In this document: in pieces, positions 44,723 to 53,955 of the stretch | How the letters are laid out: each line of letters opens with the position of its first letter | Numbering within the stretch: the first letter of the stretch is position 1 | From: an uncultured Oscillospiraceae bacterium | Lineage (GTDB): Bacteria > Bacillota > Clostridia > Saccharofermentanales > UBA5734 | DNA length: 64,000 nucleotides | Direction: 5' to 3' | NCBI GenBank assembly: GCA_964450865.1 | Contig: CAYVHB010000014.1 | Coordinates: 2,676 to 66,675 of the forward strand | Position numbers and translations under genes: made by a program | The notes under the pieces: model-generated | What the model was told of the DNA's origin: nothing | Seen by the model: the letters and a program-made list of their open reading frames with translations, nothing else | The model's database searches: none

Positions 44723-46342
44723 ATGTTACTACCAATTGTTGCCTCGGTTATTTATCTGTTTATCCTGATCTGGCTGGGCTATATCGGCTATCGTGGCACG
44801 AAGACAGCCCGTGATTATATGCTGGCCGGTCGCCAGATTCACCCGATGATCATGGCATTGTCCTATGGGGCCACGTTTATCAGTACATCAGCCATCGTCG
44901 GATTTGGCGGCAATGCCGGCCTGTTTGGTTTTTCCCTGCTCTGGCTGACCTTCCTTAATATCCTGGTTGGCGTTTTTATTGCTTTTATTGTCTTTGGCAA
45001 GCGGACCCGCAAAATGGGCCATAATGTTGATGCCCATACCTTTGCCGAATTGCTGGGTGTGCGCTTCCAGTCCAGGTTTATCCAGGGCTTTTCTGCCGCG
45101 GTCGTTTTCATTTTCATGCCCGTTTATGCCGCTGCCGTGCTTAAGGGCGGCGTGGCCTTCATCGCAACCCAATTCAATGTCGATTTTAATGTGGCGCTGC
45201 TGTTCTTTACGATGATTGTGGCTGTCTACGTCCTGATGGGCGGGATGAAGGGCGTCATGTACACCGATGCCTTCCAGGGCATGATTATGTTTGCCGGGAT
45301 GCTCTTCCTGCTGATCTATACCTACACCAGGCTTGGCGGCGTCACATCTGCCCATACGGCCCTGACCAACATGATGCAGGATCCGGGCGTCCAGGCACAG
45401 ACCGCCAAGCTGACCGCCAATGGCTTCAAAGGCTGGACTTCAATGCCGACGTTTGGTTCGCCCTACTGGTGGACGGTCGTCACTTCCGTGGTTATGGGCG
45501 TCGGTATTGGCGTGCTGGCTCAGCCACAACTGGCCGTGCGTTTCATGACTGTCAAGAGCAACCGGGAATTGAACCGGGCTGTGGCCTCCGGTGGCGTGTT
45601 TATCCTGATGATGACTGGCGTGGCCTTTGTGGTCGGTGGTCTGTCCAATGTCTACTTCTTCCAGCAAAGCGGCTCGACAGCGATGGTTGCCGCCAAAGGC
45701 GTAATCGACAACATCATTCCGCTGTTCCTTAAAGGCTTCATGCCCGACTGGTTCAGCACGGTCTTCCTGCTGACGCTGATGTCGGCGGCGATGTCAACGC
45801 TAAGTTCCCAGTATCATGTAGTTGGCACATCGATTGGCCGCGACCTGTTCGAAAAGAGCCTGAATCTGCGGGGCAACTCGGTATTGATCACCCGAATTGG
45901 TATCCTGTTCTCAATCCTGGTCAGTGCCGTGCTGGCCTATCTGGGCAACCAGCTCAAGACCGATATCGGCGTTATTGCCCAGGCTACCTCGATTTTCTTC
46001 GGTATTTGTGCCGCGGCGTTCCTGCCGACCTATATTGGCGCACTCTACTTCCGCCGCCTGACACGCAAAGCCGCCATTGCCAGTATCCTGACCGGATCGC
46101 TGGCCAGCTTCTTCTGGATCTTCTTTATTCATGCCAAAAACGCCTCAACCATCGGCCTGTGCCAGCTGCTGACCGGCAAACCGCACTTGCTGGCCGGGAC
46201 GGCCCTCGTCAAGCTGTCAATGGTCGATGCGGTTATTGTTACCTTCCCGCTGGCAGTCCTGGTGATTATCGTCGTTGGCCTGCTCACCCGGCCCGATGTC
46301 GATGCCGGGCACGTTGAGCGCTGCTTCAGCGGCATCCGCTGA
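44723..46342 (+). CDS. Sodium:solute symporter (SSS family)
   Basis: YMLAGR, ATFISTSAIVG, GGMKGVMYTD.FQG, QPQL..RF, SAAMST. RBS GGAG before ATG 44723. Confidence 0.92.
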   Translation: MLLPIVASVIYLFILIWLGYIGYRGTKTARDYMLAGRQIHPMIMALSYGATFISTSAIVGFGGNAGLFGFSLLWLTFLNILVGVFIAFIVFGKRTRKMGHNVDAHTFAELLGVRFQSRFIQGFSAAVVFIFMPVYAAAVLKGGVAFIATQFNVDFNVALLFFTMIVAVYVLMGGMKGVMYTDAFQGMIMFAGMLFLLIYTYTRLGGVTSAHTALTNMMQDPGVQAQTAKLTANGFKGWTSMPTFGSPYWWTVVTSVVMGVGIGVLAQPQLAVRFMTVKSNRELNRAVASGGVFILMMTGVAFVVGGLSNVYFFQQSGSTAMVAAKGVIDNIIPLFLKGFMPDWFSTVFLLTLMSAAMSTLSSQYHVVGTSIGRDLFEKSLNLRGNSVLITRIGILFSILVSAVLAYLGNQLKTDIGVIAQATSIFFGICAAAFLPTYIGALYFRRLTRKAAIASILTGSLASFFWIFFIHAKNASTIGLCQLLTGKPHLLAGTALVKLSMVDAVIVTFPLAVLVIIVVGLLTRPDVDAGHVERCFSGIR

Positions 46343-46495
46343 TAAGACAGCTGGCCGCTGTAAAGAGCAACTGCGTTAAAAGGTCAAATTACAATCGGCG
46401 ACGGTGTATGGGAAAGCCAGATTGGCCATGCCCTGCAGAGGTCCCGATCTGGGACAGAACAGTTCGTAAAATCACGCATTCAGCACATATCCGCG

Positions 46496-46527
46496 CAAGA
46501 CACCCGTTCAACAGAGCGGGTGTCTTG
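46496..46527. terminator. Hairpin/terminator downstream of the SSS gene
   Basis: CAAGACACCCG...CGGGTGTCTTG. Confidence 0.55.
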
Positions 46528-46980
46528 TGATAGATGATCATGGGCGAGAACGGGCCGTTACAGATCGTGGGATAGCGCATGATGTCCGGATCACGGGCTA
46601 GAACGTTTTTATCGCATGCTTATCAGGTCGCCTGTCTGCGCACATCGCCGGGTGTCGAATCCATCCATTCCGGCCTTCGTTATTCTGAGTTGAATGGCAT
46701 TTATTTGCTGCCGATATATGCAAGATTATTTAATATCGATTGTAAAGCTATAACTGCAAGGCGATTAATCTGTTTTTTAATGTTGATGACCGGACGGAGG
46801 CTGTCTGGTTGAGAATAAGATAAAATGAAATTGAACCAGAAATGTGCAAAAATGGCGGATATTGGTGATAAATTAAACAAAAATCTGACATCGCTCTTTA
46901 CTAAATGAATTGTGTCCGCTAAAATATGCTTTGTTATGTCAAGCGTTTGGCAGAATGAAAAGCTGTTCGCCTGACGAGTA

Positions 46981-47682
46981 GTGGCCGGCTGGAAGAATGA
47001 CAGGATGATTTTAAAAATGAAAAATGAGAATGCAAGTATGTCAAGCAGAGGATTCAGTACGTCGGACGATACAGCAATATCAGGCCCTGACGAAGCCAGG
47101 CCAGGCCTGTTGCCCGAAGTGTCCGCAGGATCCGGCATCACAACAGCAGATTCGCCGCTGATCCTGCCTGACGCGATATCCGAGCAAGCCGTCAATAACG
47201 AGAAGACCCTGCTTGGACCAGATCCTGACTCTGAAATATTTACGAATCCAGCCTGGGAAAAAGTCAATCCCGAAATGGCCCGGACGCTCGGCGTCTATGT
47301 TGCGAAGTATCCTTGTGCAAAGCGCCTGATGTTCGGCAGCCCCGTTTACTTTGTCCGTGACCGGATGTGGACCGGTATCAAGGGTAACGTTGTCTTTTTG
47401 CACCTGGATGCTGTGAGCCGTACCGCCGTCAGTCAGCTATCTCCCGAAATCATAGCTTTTGAGCCCCGACCGGGCCGGCTGCTCAAGGAGTATGTTGCCA
47501 TGCCGGAGTCGCTCCTGAATGAAGCGTCCTTTTTCAGTGAGTGGCTGGAACAAGCCTATCAGACGGTTATCGCCATGCCGGATAAATCTGCCGCAGCCAA
47601 TACATCCGAAAAGCCGGCAACGGCCCGGCGGACGGCCCGGCGCGCAACAAAAACGGACAAAACGTCCCGTTCGAAGCCGTAA
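46981..47682 (+). CDS. TfoX/Sxy N-terminal-like domain protein with low-complexity extensions; start uncertain
   Basis: KRLMFGSPVYFV...VFLHL...FEPRPGRLLKEYV..P...WLEQA. Confidence 0.7.
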   Translation: MAGWKNDRMILKMKNENASMSSRGFSTSDDTAISGPDEARPGLLPEVSAGSGITTADSPLILPDAISEQAVNNEKTLLGPDPDSEIFTNPAWEKVNPEMARTLGVYVAKYPCAKRLMFGSPVYFVRDRMWTGIKGNVVFLHLDAVSRTAVSQLSPEIIAFEPRPGRLLKEYVAMPESLLNEASFFSEWLEQAYQTVIAMPDKSAAANTSEKPATARRTARRATKTDKTSRSKP

Positions 47683-47777
47683 AGCCGGGAATCCGGACCC
47701 GGCTGATCCATGAAGGCAGCCGTGAATGATCTTCAGGAGAGCCTGGCATATCGCGTGAAAGCAGAGATAGCCTGGCC

Positions 47778-48788
47778 TCAGGCTTTTTGAAGCGACGGCA
47801 GGTCAGGAATGGAGATTCTGCCACCCTCCCGCTGGACAGACCAGGCTGCTGTCCGGGTTGCCAGTTCCAGTGATTTTTCAAAAGACAGGTGACGCAGCAA
47901 GCCGTAGACAAAAGCTCCATGAAAGATATCGCCGGCTGCGGTGGTATCAATCGCCCGGACCGGCTCGGCTGGCATCGCACAGACCTGCAACTGGCCGTCT
48001 GGCGCGACCTGGGCATAAATCAAGCCCCGTTCACCCAATGTGATCACGACTTGCCGGCCATTCAGCCGATAGAGGGCAGCCAGGGCTTGCTCCTGATGCT
48101 GCGGGGAATTCAAGTCCGGTAACCCGCTCAGCTGAAGCGCAAACCGTTCGGAGCTGACCAGATAATCAACCTTTTGACCCAGCAGGACGGTGCCTTCCCG
48201 CACCGATCCGGCATCCAGCACCGTTATGGCTTGTGGAAAACGCTCCATAGCCTGCAGGGAGGCCGCCATTTCGTGGCCGTCAAAAAGCATGATTTGCGGG
48301 GCGCCAGTCACTTCGCCGGGAGATCCACCGGCCGCTTCGCCAGTCGTCGCACCCATATAGATATGGGTTGATTGGCTTGCCGGCAAGTCTGTAAACTTGT
48401 TGAAAAATTCGCCGTTGAGCCATTGCCGGGGCAGGCGGCGATTGATGATGGTCCGGCTGCCGTTCTGGCGATTGACGAGAATAACCGATAAGGGCGTCGG
48501 GTAGCCCGGCCGAATCTCCAGCATTGACAGATCTGCCTGCACAGCCCTGAATTCGGCGACGATTTGGTCACCGTAGCGATCGTCACCAATCAGGCCAGCC
48601 AGAGCACATGACACGCCCCATTTCGCGAGCAGATACGCGGCATTGGCTGCCGGCCCGCCGCCAGACTCGAGCAGCTGGCTGATCTCTATCTTGCTGTTTT
48701 CCTGGGGAAATGTCGCCATAAACAGGTTGATATCGTAACAGACCATGCCAATACAGATAACGTGTGATTGCTGCAGCATTGTCGCCAC
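47778..48788 (-). CDS. PfkB family carbohydrate kinase
   Basis: GGGPAANAA, GDDRYG, VITLGERG, DTTAAGDIFHGAF. Confidence 0.92.
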   Translation of the reverse strand: MATMLQQSHVICIGMVCYDINLFMATFPQENSKIEISQLLESGGGPAANAAYLLAKWGVSCALAGLIGDDRYGDQIVAEFRAVQADLSMLEIRPGYPTPLSVILVNRQNGSRTIINRRLPRQWLNGEFFNKFTDLPASQSTHIYMGATTGEAAGGSPGEVTGAPQIMLFDGHEMAASLQAMERFPQAITVLDAGSVREGTVLLGQKVDYLVSSERFALQLSGLPDLNSPQHQEQALAALYRLNGRQVVITLGERGLIYAQVAPDGQLQVCAMPAEPVRAIDTTAAGDIFHGAFVYGLLRHLSFEKSLELATRTAAWSVQREGGRISIPDLPSLQKA

Positions 48789-48835
48789 CTCGCCTTCACC
48801 AAACAGGACTGCTTCTGACCAGGACCACTCAGGTT

Positions 48836-49453
48836 TTATTTTTTCCTGACAAAGCGCTTCTTGTAAAAGAGGTAGGCCAGGACCGCAATGACCGCGATCA
48901 GGATAACCAGGACAATCGTAGAGAAAGTGTCAAAGTAGACGGCGATGCGTTCCCAGGAGGCCCCGGCCGCCGCGCCAAGCATGACCAGCAGGGTATTCCA
49001 GACTATGGTACCTGTGACTGTAAAGAGCAGGAATTTGGCCATAGGCATCCGGGCCATACCGGCCGGGATTGAAACAAGACTGCGGATAATGGGCACACAG
49101 CGGCCAATCAGGACCGAGGATTCGCCACGGCTGACAAACTTGTCGCGAGCCAGCAGCACATCACCATGTTTAAAATGTAAAAGCCGGCCCCATTTGCTGT
49201 TGATCCATTGCTCAAGCCGCTCCGGGGTCAGAATCCGGCCCACCCCATACAGGAGCAGCGCGCCACCAACCGAGCCGATGGTAGCGGCCAGGATGACGCC
49301 CCATGTCGTCATGTTCGAGGATGTGGTCAGGAAACCGGCGAAAGTCAGAATGACTTCTGAAGGAATCGGCGGGAAAATGTTTTCGATCAGGATCAGCAAG
49401 AGGACGCCCAGATAGCCAAATTGATTGATCATGCTGATAATCCAGGTTTGCAT
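48836..49453 (-). CDS. DedA family membrane protein
   Basis: ENIFPPIPSE, GRCVPIIRSLVSIPAG. Confidence 0.93.
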   Translation of the reverse strand: MQTWIISMINQFGYLGVLLLILIENIFPPIPSEVILTFAGFLTTSSNMTTWGVILAATIGSVGGALLLYGVGRILTPERLEQWINSKWGRLLHFKHGDVLLARDKFVSRGESSVLIGRCVPIIRSLVSIPAGMARMPMAKFLLFTVTGTIVWNTLLVMLGAAAGASWERIAVYFDTFSTIVLVILIAVIAVLAYLFYKKRFVRKK

Positions 49454-49667
49454 TGGAAATAATACCTCCGGTTTTTAACGCCCGATTTTACTGTTGCTAT
49501 AGTACCATAATCTCCATCAAGATACTGCCTCAAGATACCAAAACGCTCGAAAGTGATGAAATTTTCGGATTTTCGTCACATTGCGCTGATATCACCTTAA
49601 GGAATATTTGCTATGATCACAATTGTAGCAGCGTGCTTCATCATATAAATAAAGGAGGCAGCCAAGC

Positions 49668-50357
49668 ATGATTAAACAAGCAATTCAACCAGCCATGGGC
49701 TGGACCTTTTCTTTCCGGATTTTTGTGATCCTGGGCATCAGCCTCGGCCTGACGCTGACCCTGACCCTGGGAGGCAATTTCTGGCAAATGCTGACATTTT
49801 ATACTGTCCAAAGCAATATTCTCAACTGGCTGATTTTCGTCATTCTCGTTGTCCGTGATTTCCTGCAGCTGCGGCAGCGCGAGCTGCATCCGCCCGGCCG
49901 GTTGCTGAGCCTGGCCAAGCATTCATTCATGATGGGTGTGATGGTTACCATGCTGGTCTACCATTTTGTCCTGCGCCCCTATATCGAGCAGAGTGGCCTG
50001 CCCTATGACACGCTGGGCCCTGGTGACCTGCTTGTCCATTATTTCATCGCAATCATGGCGGTCCTTGATTACCTGTTATTCGACGAAAAGGGCAAGTTCA
50101 AGCTATGGGATCCGTTGCTCTGGGCCCTGCTGCCGCTGGCGTATCTGGCTTTCATTTTTATCTATACCAATGCCGGCGGCAGTTTCCTGAACTACTTTGG
50201 CAACAGTGAGTCACCTTATTTCTTTCTGAGCATCAAGACGCTGGGACTGGTTGGCGTTGCCCGCTGGGTTGGTGGTATCACCGCTATTTTCCTGACCGTC
50301 GCCTACGGACTGGTCGGCCTGGACTACCTCCTCGGCCGGCGTACTCGCCAGCACTAG
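49668..50357 (+). CDS. Pr6Pr / FAR-17a-like membrane protein
   Basis: FYTVQSNIL, VTMLVYHFVL, LVHY, YL.F, SPYFFL. Confidence 0.75.
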   Translation: MIKQAIQPAMGWTFSFRIFVILGISLGLTLTLTLGGNFWQMLTFYTVQSNILNWLIFVILVVRDFLQLRQRELHPPGRLLSLAKHSFMMGVMVTMLVYHFVLRPYIEQSGLPYDTLGPGDLLVHYFIAIMAVLDYLLFDEKGKFKLWDPLLWALLPLAYLAFIFIYTNAGGSFLNYFGNSESPYFFLSIKTLGLVGVARWVGGITAIFLTVAYGLVGLDYLLGRRTRQH

Positions 50358-50584
50358 CCCCTTATCTGAATGACCAGCCGGGGCATCGATCCGGCAGTAT
50401 CTCCCCGTCCGGCGTACTAGCCGGCGCGAGCCCGGCTTTTTCTCCTGGCAAACGGTGCCAGGCCCTCCAATGGCCCCCGGATGGCCCCTGGCCCCTGGCC
50501 AGCAGTATCTGCATCAGTCTGGCAATGTGATATAATGGGCTGCGGTGCCAGCGACCGTTATCCATGGCACCGGGAGGTTGGTCC

Positions 50585-51361
50585 ATGGTCAAGCACATTG
50601 CCAGGCAGAAAAATAAGCAAACTTCACAGCCCAACCCGGTCCCGGCTGCCGACCCGGCAGGCCAACCGGGTTTTTTCGCCGTTTTGCATGCTGTTTTCCC
50701 CATTACAATCCCGGTCCTGTCCGGTTACCTGTTCCTGGGCTTTGCCTATGGCATCCTGATGAGCAGCCGCGGCTACGGCCCCGGCTGGACATTCCTGATG
50801 AGTCTGGCTGTATTTGCCGGATCGGCGCAGTACGTGGCCATCACATTCCTGACCACGGCCTTCAACCCGCTTAACGCCCTGTTGCTGACCTTGCTGGTGA
50901 ATGCCCGCCATCTTTTTTATGGCATTTCAATGCTGGACAAGTATAAAGGAACTGGCCGGGCTAAGTTTTACCTGATTTTCGGCCTGACTGACGAGACCTT
51001 TTCGATCAATTGCGCCACGGAGCCCCCCGCCGGCTTGAGCCGCCAGCGCTTTTACCTGCTGGTCACGCTGCTCAATCACAGCTACTGGGTCACCGGCTCC
51101 GTTCTCGGCAGCGTGCTTGGTTCGCTGATCCACTTCAACACCAAAGGATTGGACTTCGTTCTGACGGCACTTTTTGTCGTTATCTTTCTCAATCAGTGGC
51201 AAACCAGCCGTGACCATCGGCCGGCCATGATTGGTATCGCCTGTTCTGTCGTCTGCGTCTGGATTTTCGGCCCCAATCAGTTTATCATCCCGGCGATGCT
51301 GGCCATCGTTGCCGTCCTGGCCCTACTGCGCCATAAGCTGCGTGAGGAGGTGGCACCGTGA
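50585..51361 (+). CDS. azlC: Branched-chain amino acid exporter AzlC
   Basis: TIPV..GYLFLG.AYG, FAGSAQY, LVNARH.FYG, LTDETFS, LDFVLTALF. Confidence 0.92.
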   Translation: MVKHIARQKNKQTSQPNPVPAADPAGQPGFFAVLHAVFPITIPVLSGYLFLGFAYGILMSSRGYGPGWTFLMSLAVFAGSAQYVAITFLTTAFNPLNALLLTLLVNARHLFYGISMLDKYKGTGRAKFYLIFGLTDETFSINCATEPPAGLSRQRFYLLVTLLNHSYWVTGSVLGSVLGSLIHFNTKGLDFVLTALFVVIFLNQWQTSRDHRPAMIGIACSVVCVWIFGPNQFIIPAMLAIVAVLALLRHKLREEVAP

Positions 51362-51693
51362 CCCTGACTCCCGGACAGACGCTGATCATCATCCTGATGA
51401 TGGTTCTCGCCACGCTGACCACCCGTTTCCTGCCGTTTATTTTATTTCCCGACCATAAGGAAAACCACCCGTTTATCACCTGGCTGGGCCAGGTGTTGCC
51501 CTACGCGGCCATTGGCCTGCTGGTGGTATATTGCCTGAAAAATGTCAGACTGCTGGCCGCGCCGCACGGATTGCCCGAGCTGATCGCCATTGGCTGCATC
51601 GCCATTCTCCATCACTGGCGCAAAAATACTCTGCTCAGCATCGGAGCCGGCACTCTCATCTATATGGTCCTGGTGCAATTTGTATTCACCTGA
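51358..51693 (+). CDS. azlD: Branched-chain amino acid exporter AzlD
   Basis: TRFLPF, LPYAAIGLLVVYCL, LLSIGAGT. Overlaps the azlC stop. Confidence 0.92.
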   Translation: MTLTPGQTLIIILMMVLATLTTRFLPFILFPDHKENHPFITWLGQVLPYAAIGLLVVYCLKNVRLLAAPHGLPELIAIGCIAILHHWRKNTLLSIGAGTLIYMVLVQFVFT

Positions 51694-51962
51694 GCCGGAG
51701 CAACCGGTTGCGGCAGCTGCCTAAAGGTGTCATCCGTTTCCTTTTTTGCAATGATCTGCCGCTATAATGGAAACGAACATCAAGGCAAACGAAAATCAGG
51801 AACCCCTGTTATGTAAACAAAGCTGATAGCCTCATATCAATAAAAGCAGAAGAAAAATTGCAGATGAGAAACAACAGACGCAACCGCCAGGCGTTATAAA
51901 CACCTGGAGCCGATCTGCCGGGCCGTAGCAGATACGGCCCGCATTGACCAGGGAGCAAGCAT

Positions 51963-52181
51963 ATGAGTGAAATCAATGAAGCTGTGATGGATAAACTGAC
52001 CAAAGTCTGCCTGTGTAAAAGTATTTCTCGGGCGACGATCAAACAGGCAATCGCCAATGGAGCCGATACCGTCGCCAAAGTCAATCAGGCGGTTGGTTCC
52101 GGTTCCGGACCGTGCCGGGGCCGGCGCTGCGGGCCCAAAATCCAGGCGATTCTTGATCAGATGAAACAGGAGACGGTCTAG
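51963..52181 (+). CDS. BFD-like (2Fe-2S)-binding protein
   Basis: VCLCKSIS...I.QAI..GA.T...GSG.C.GRRC. Confidence 0.8.
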   Translation: MSEINEAVMDKLTKVCLCKSISRATIKQAIANGADTVAKVNQAVGSGSGPCRGRRCGPKIQAILDQMKQETV

Positions 52182-52307
52182 CCTGCCGGTACCAGCCGCC
52201 GGTGCTGTTTAGCGGGAAAAAATGGCCGGCCTGTTTTGCATCCAGGCCGGCCATTGCTGTTCAGGCATCATTGGAGTTGTCGCTGATCGGCGATCTTGTC
52301 CCGTTCT

Positions 52308-53756
52308 TTACAGACTGTCCCCGAAATCGGCACGGAACTTGGCAACGAGCTTCTCCTGCCAGTCAGAATCAGGGGCCAGGCGCCCGAAGAAGAAGCGCAG
52401 GATGCTGGGCTCCTCAATAAAGGTCAGGCCGCCGACCAGGTCACGATTTTCATACAGCCAGACCAGGCGGTCAACGGCGTATTTTACCTGCGACATCGTG
52501 AAAACGCGGCGCGGCATGGCCAGGCGCAGCAGTTCCATATCGGCAAATTTCTCGGTACCATCGGCGTATCGTTGCTCGGAAAGGGTACCGCGCTCCATGC
52601 CGCGCACGCCACTGACAAGGTAAACGGCTGATGCCAGCGCGCCGGCCGGATACTGCTGCTGGCTCAGATGGGGCAGGAAGGCACCGGCATTGACATGACA
52701 GCCCAGGCCACCGGGCGGCGTGATCACCGGCACATCCTTTTTCTCCAGTTCCTCGACCATGAATTTGATGAACTGCGGACCCTGGCTGATCATGTTGATA
52801 TCCATGGTCTCATCCAGTCCGACCGTGATCGCCTCCATTTCCCGCACGGACATACCGCCATAAGTCAGAAAGCCTTCATAGAGGGTGATTTTCTCGCGGA
52901 TTTTCTTGTAAAGCTCATCGCTGCTGGTGCAGATACCGCCGCCGCGGGCGCTGCCCAGCTTGCGGGCCGAGAAATAGATCAGGTCAAACTGATCGGCGAT
53001 AGCCCGGGTGATCTCGCGCAGGCTCATCTCCTGGCATTCAGCTTCGCGGATCTTGTTGAAATAGAGGTTGTCAGACAGCAGGCTGGCGTCGAGTACCATC
53101 AGGATGTTGTGCTCATTGCAGATGGTCCGGGCCTGGCGCATATTGGCCAGGGATACCGGCTGGCCGCCAATCAGATTGGTGCCGACCTCGAAGCGCAGGA
53201 AGGCAATTTTCCCGGCACCGTGCTCGGCGATCATAGCCTGCAGTTTGTCCAGGTCGATGTCACCCTTGAACGGCTTGTCGCTTTTCACCTCCATGGCATC
53301 TGCCTTGAAGATTTCTTCCACTGAACCGCCGTTGAGCGTGATATGGGCCTTGGTCGTGGTGAAGTGGTAGTTCATCGGCACAAACGTCCCGGGCTGCACC
53401 ATGACCTGGGAAATAATATTCTCGGCCGCCCGGCCCTGATGGGTGGGCAGGAAATATTTCGTACCAAAGATTTCCTGGATTTTCTTCTCCAGACGATAAA
53501 AGGTCTCGGATCCGGCATAGCTGTCATCGGCGATCATCATCGCGGCCTGCTGCTGGTCGCTCATCGCGTTCACACCACTGTCCGTCAGCATGTCCAGGAA
53601 TACATCGCGATTCTTGAGCAGGAATGTATTGTTACCTGCCTCTGCGACCCTGGCCAGACGCTCCTCGATCGGAATCAGGTTGAGCTTTTGCACAATACGC
53701 ACTTTGTGCATCTCCAGCGGCACAGATTCACCCGAGTAAAATTTAACTTCAGACAC
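52308..53756 (-). CDS. PLP-dependent beta-eliminating lyase (tryptophanase / tyrosine phenol-lyase family)
   Basis: DMLTDSG, DDSYAGS, PTHQGRAAE, SARK (PLP lysine), YEGFLTYGG, PRRV, LRFF. RBS AGGAGG before GTG 53756. Confidence 0.88.
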   Translation of the reverse strand: MSEVKFYSGESVPLEMHKVRIVQKLNLIPIEERLARVAEAGNNTFLLKNRDVFLDMLTDSGVNAMSDQQQAAMMIADDSYAGSETFYRLEKKIQEIFGTKYFLPTHQGRAAENIISQVMVQPGTFVPMNYHFTTTKAHITLNGGSVEEIFKADAMEVKSDKPFKGDIDLDKLQAMIAEHGAGKIAFLRFEVGTNLIGGQPVSLANMRQARTICNEHNILMVLDASLLSDNLYFNKIREAECQEMSLREITRAIADQFDLIYFSARKLGSARGGGICTSSDELYKKIREKITLYEGFLTYGGMSVREMEAITVGLDETMDINMISQGPQFIKFMVEELEKKDVPVITPPGGLGCHVNAGAFLPHLSQQQYPAGALASAVYLVSGVRGMERGTLSEQRYADGTEKFADMELLRLAMPRRVFTMSQVKYAVDRLVWLYENRDLVGGLTFIEEPSILRFFFGRLAPDSDWQEKLVAKFRADFGDSL

Positions 53757-53855
53757 CGTTCTTCCCTCCTGCAAAGCCCCCGTGCGGGAGCATAAGTTGT
53801 ATATATTATACTGATTTTTTCATAGAATGCATCTTTTTTTATATCTTTCACCCAA

Positions 53856-53955
53856 ACTTTTTCTGTCAGGATCAGGACAGCGCGACATATAAACCGCAAA
53901 CCGATAAAAGCTGATCTTTCAATACGCCAGCACTTTTTCTGTCAGGATCCGGACA
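53856..53955. repeat. 24-bp near-exact duplication (23/24) of the 3' end of the HD-GYP gene, 76-bp period
   Basis: ACTTTTTCTGTCAGGATC(A/C)GGACA at 53856 and 53932. Confidence 0.85.
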
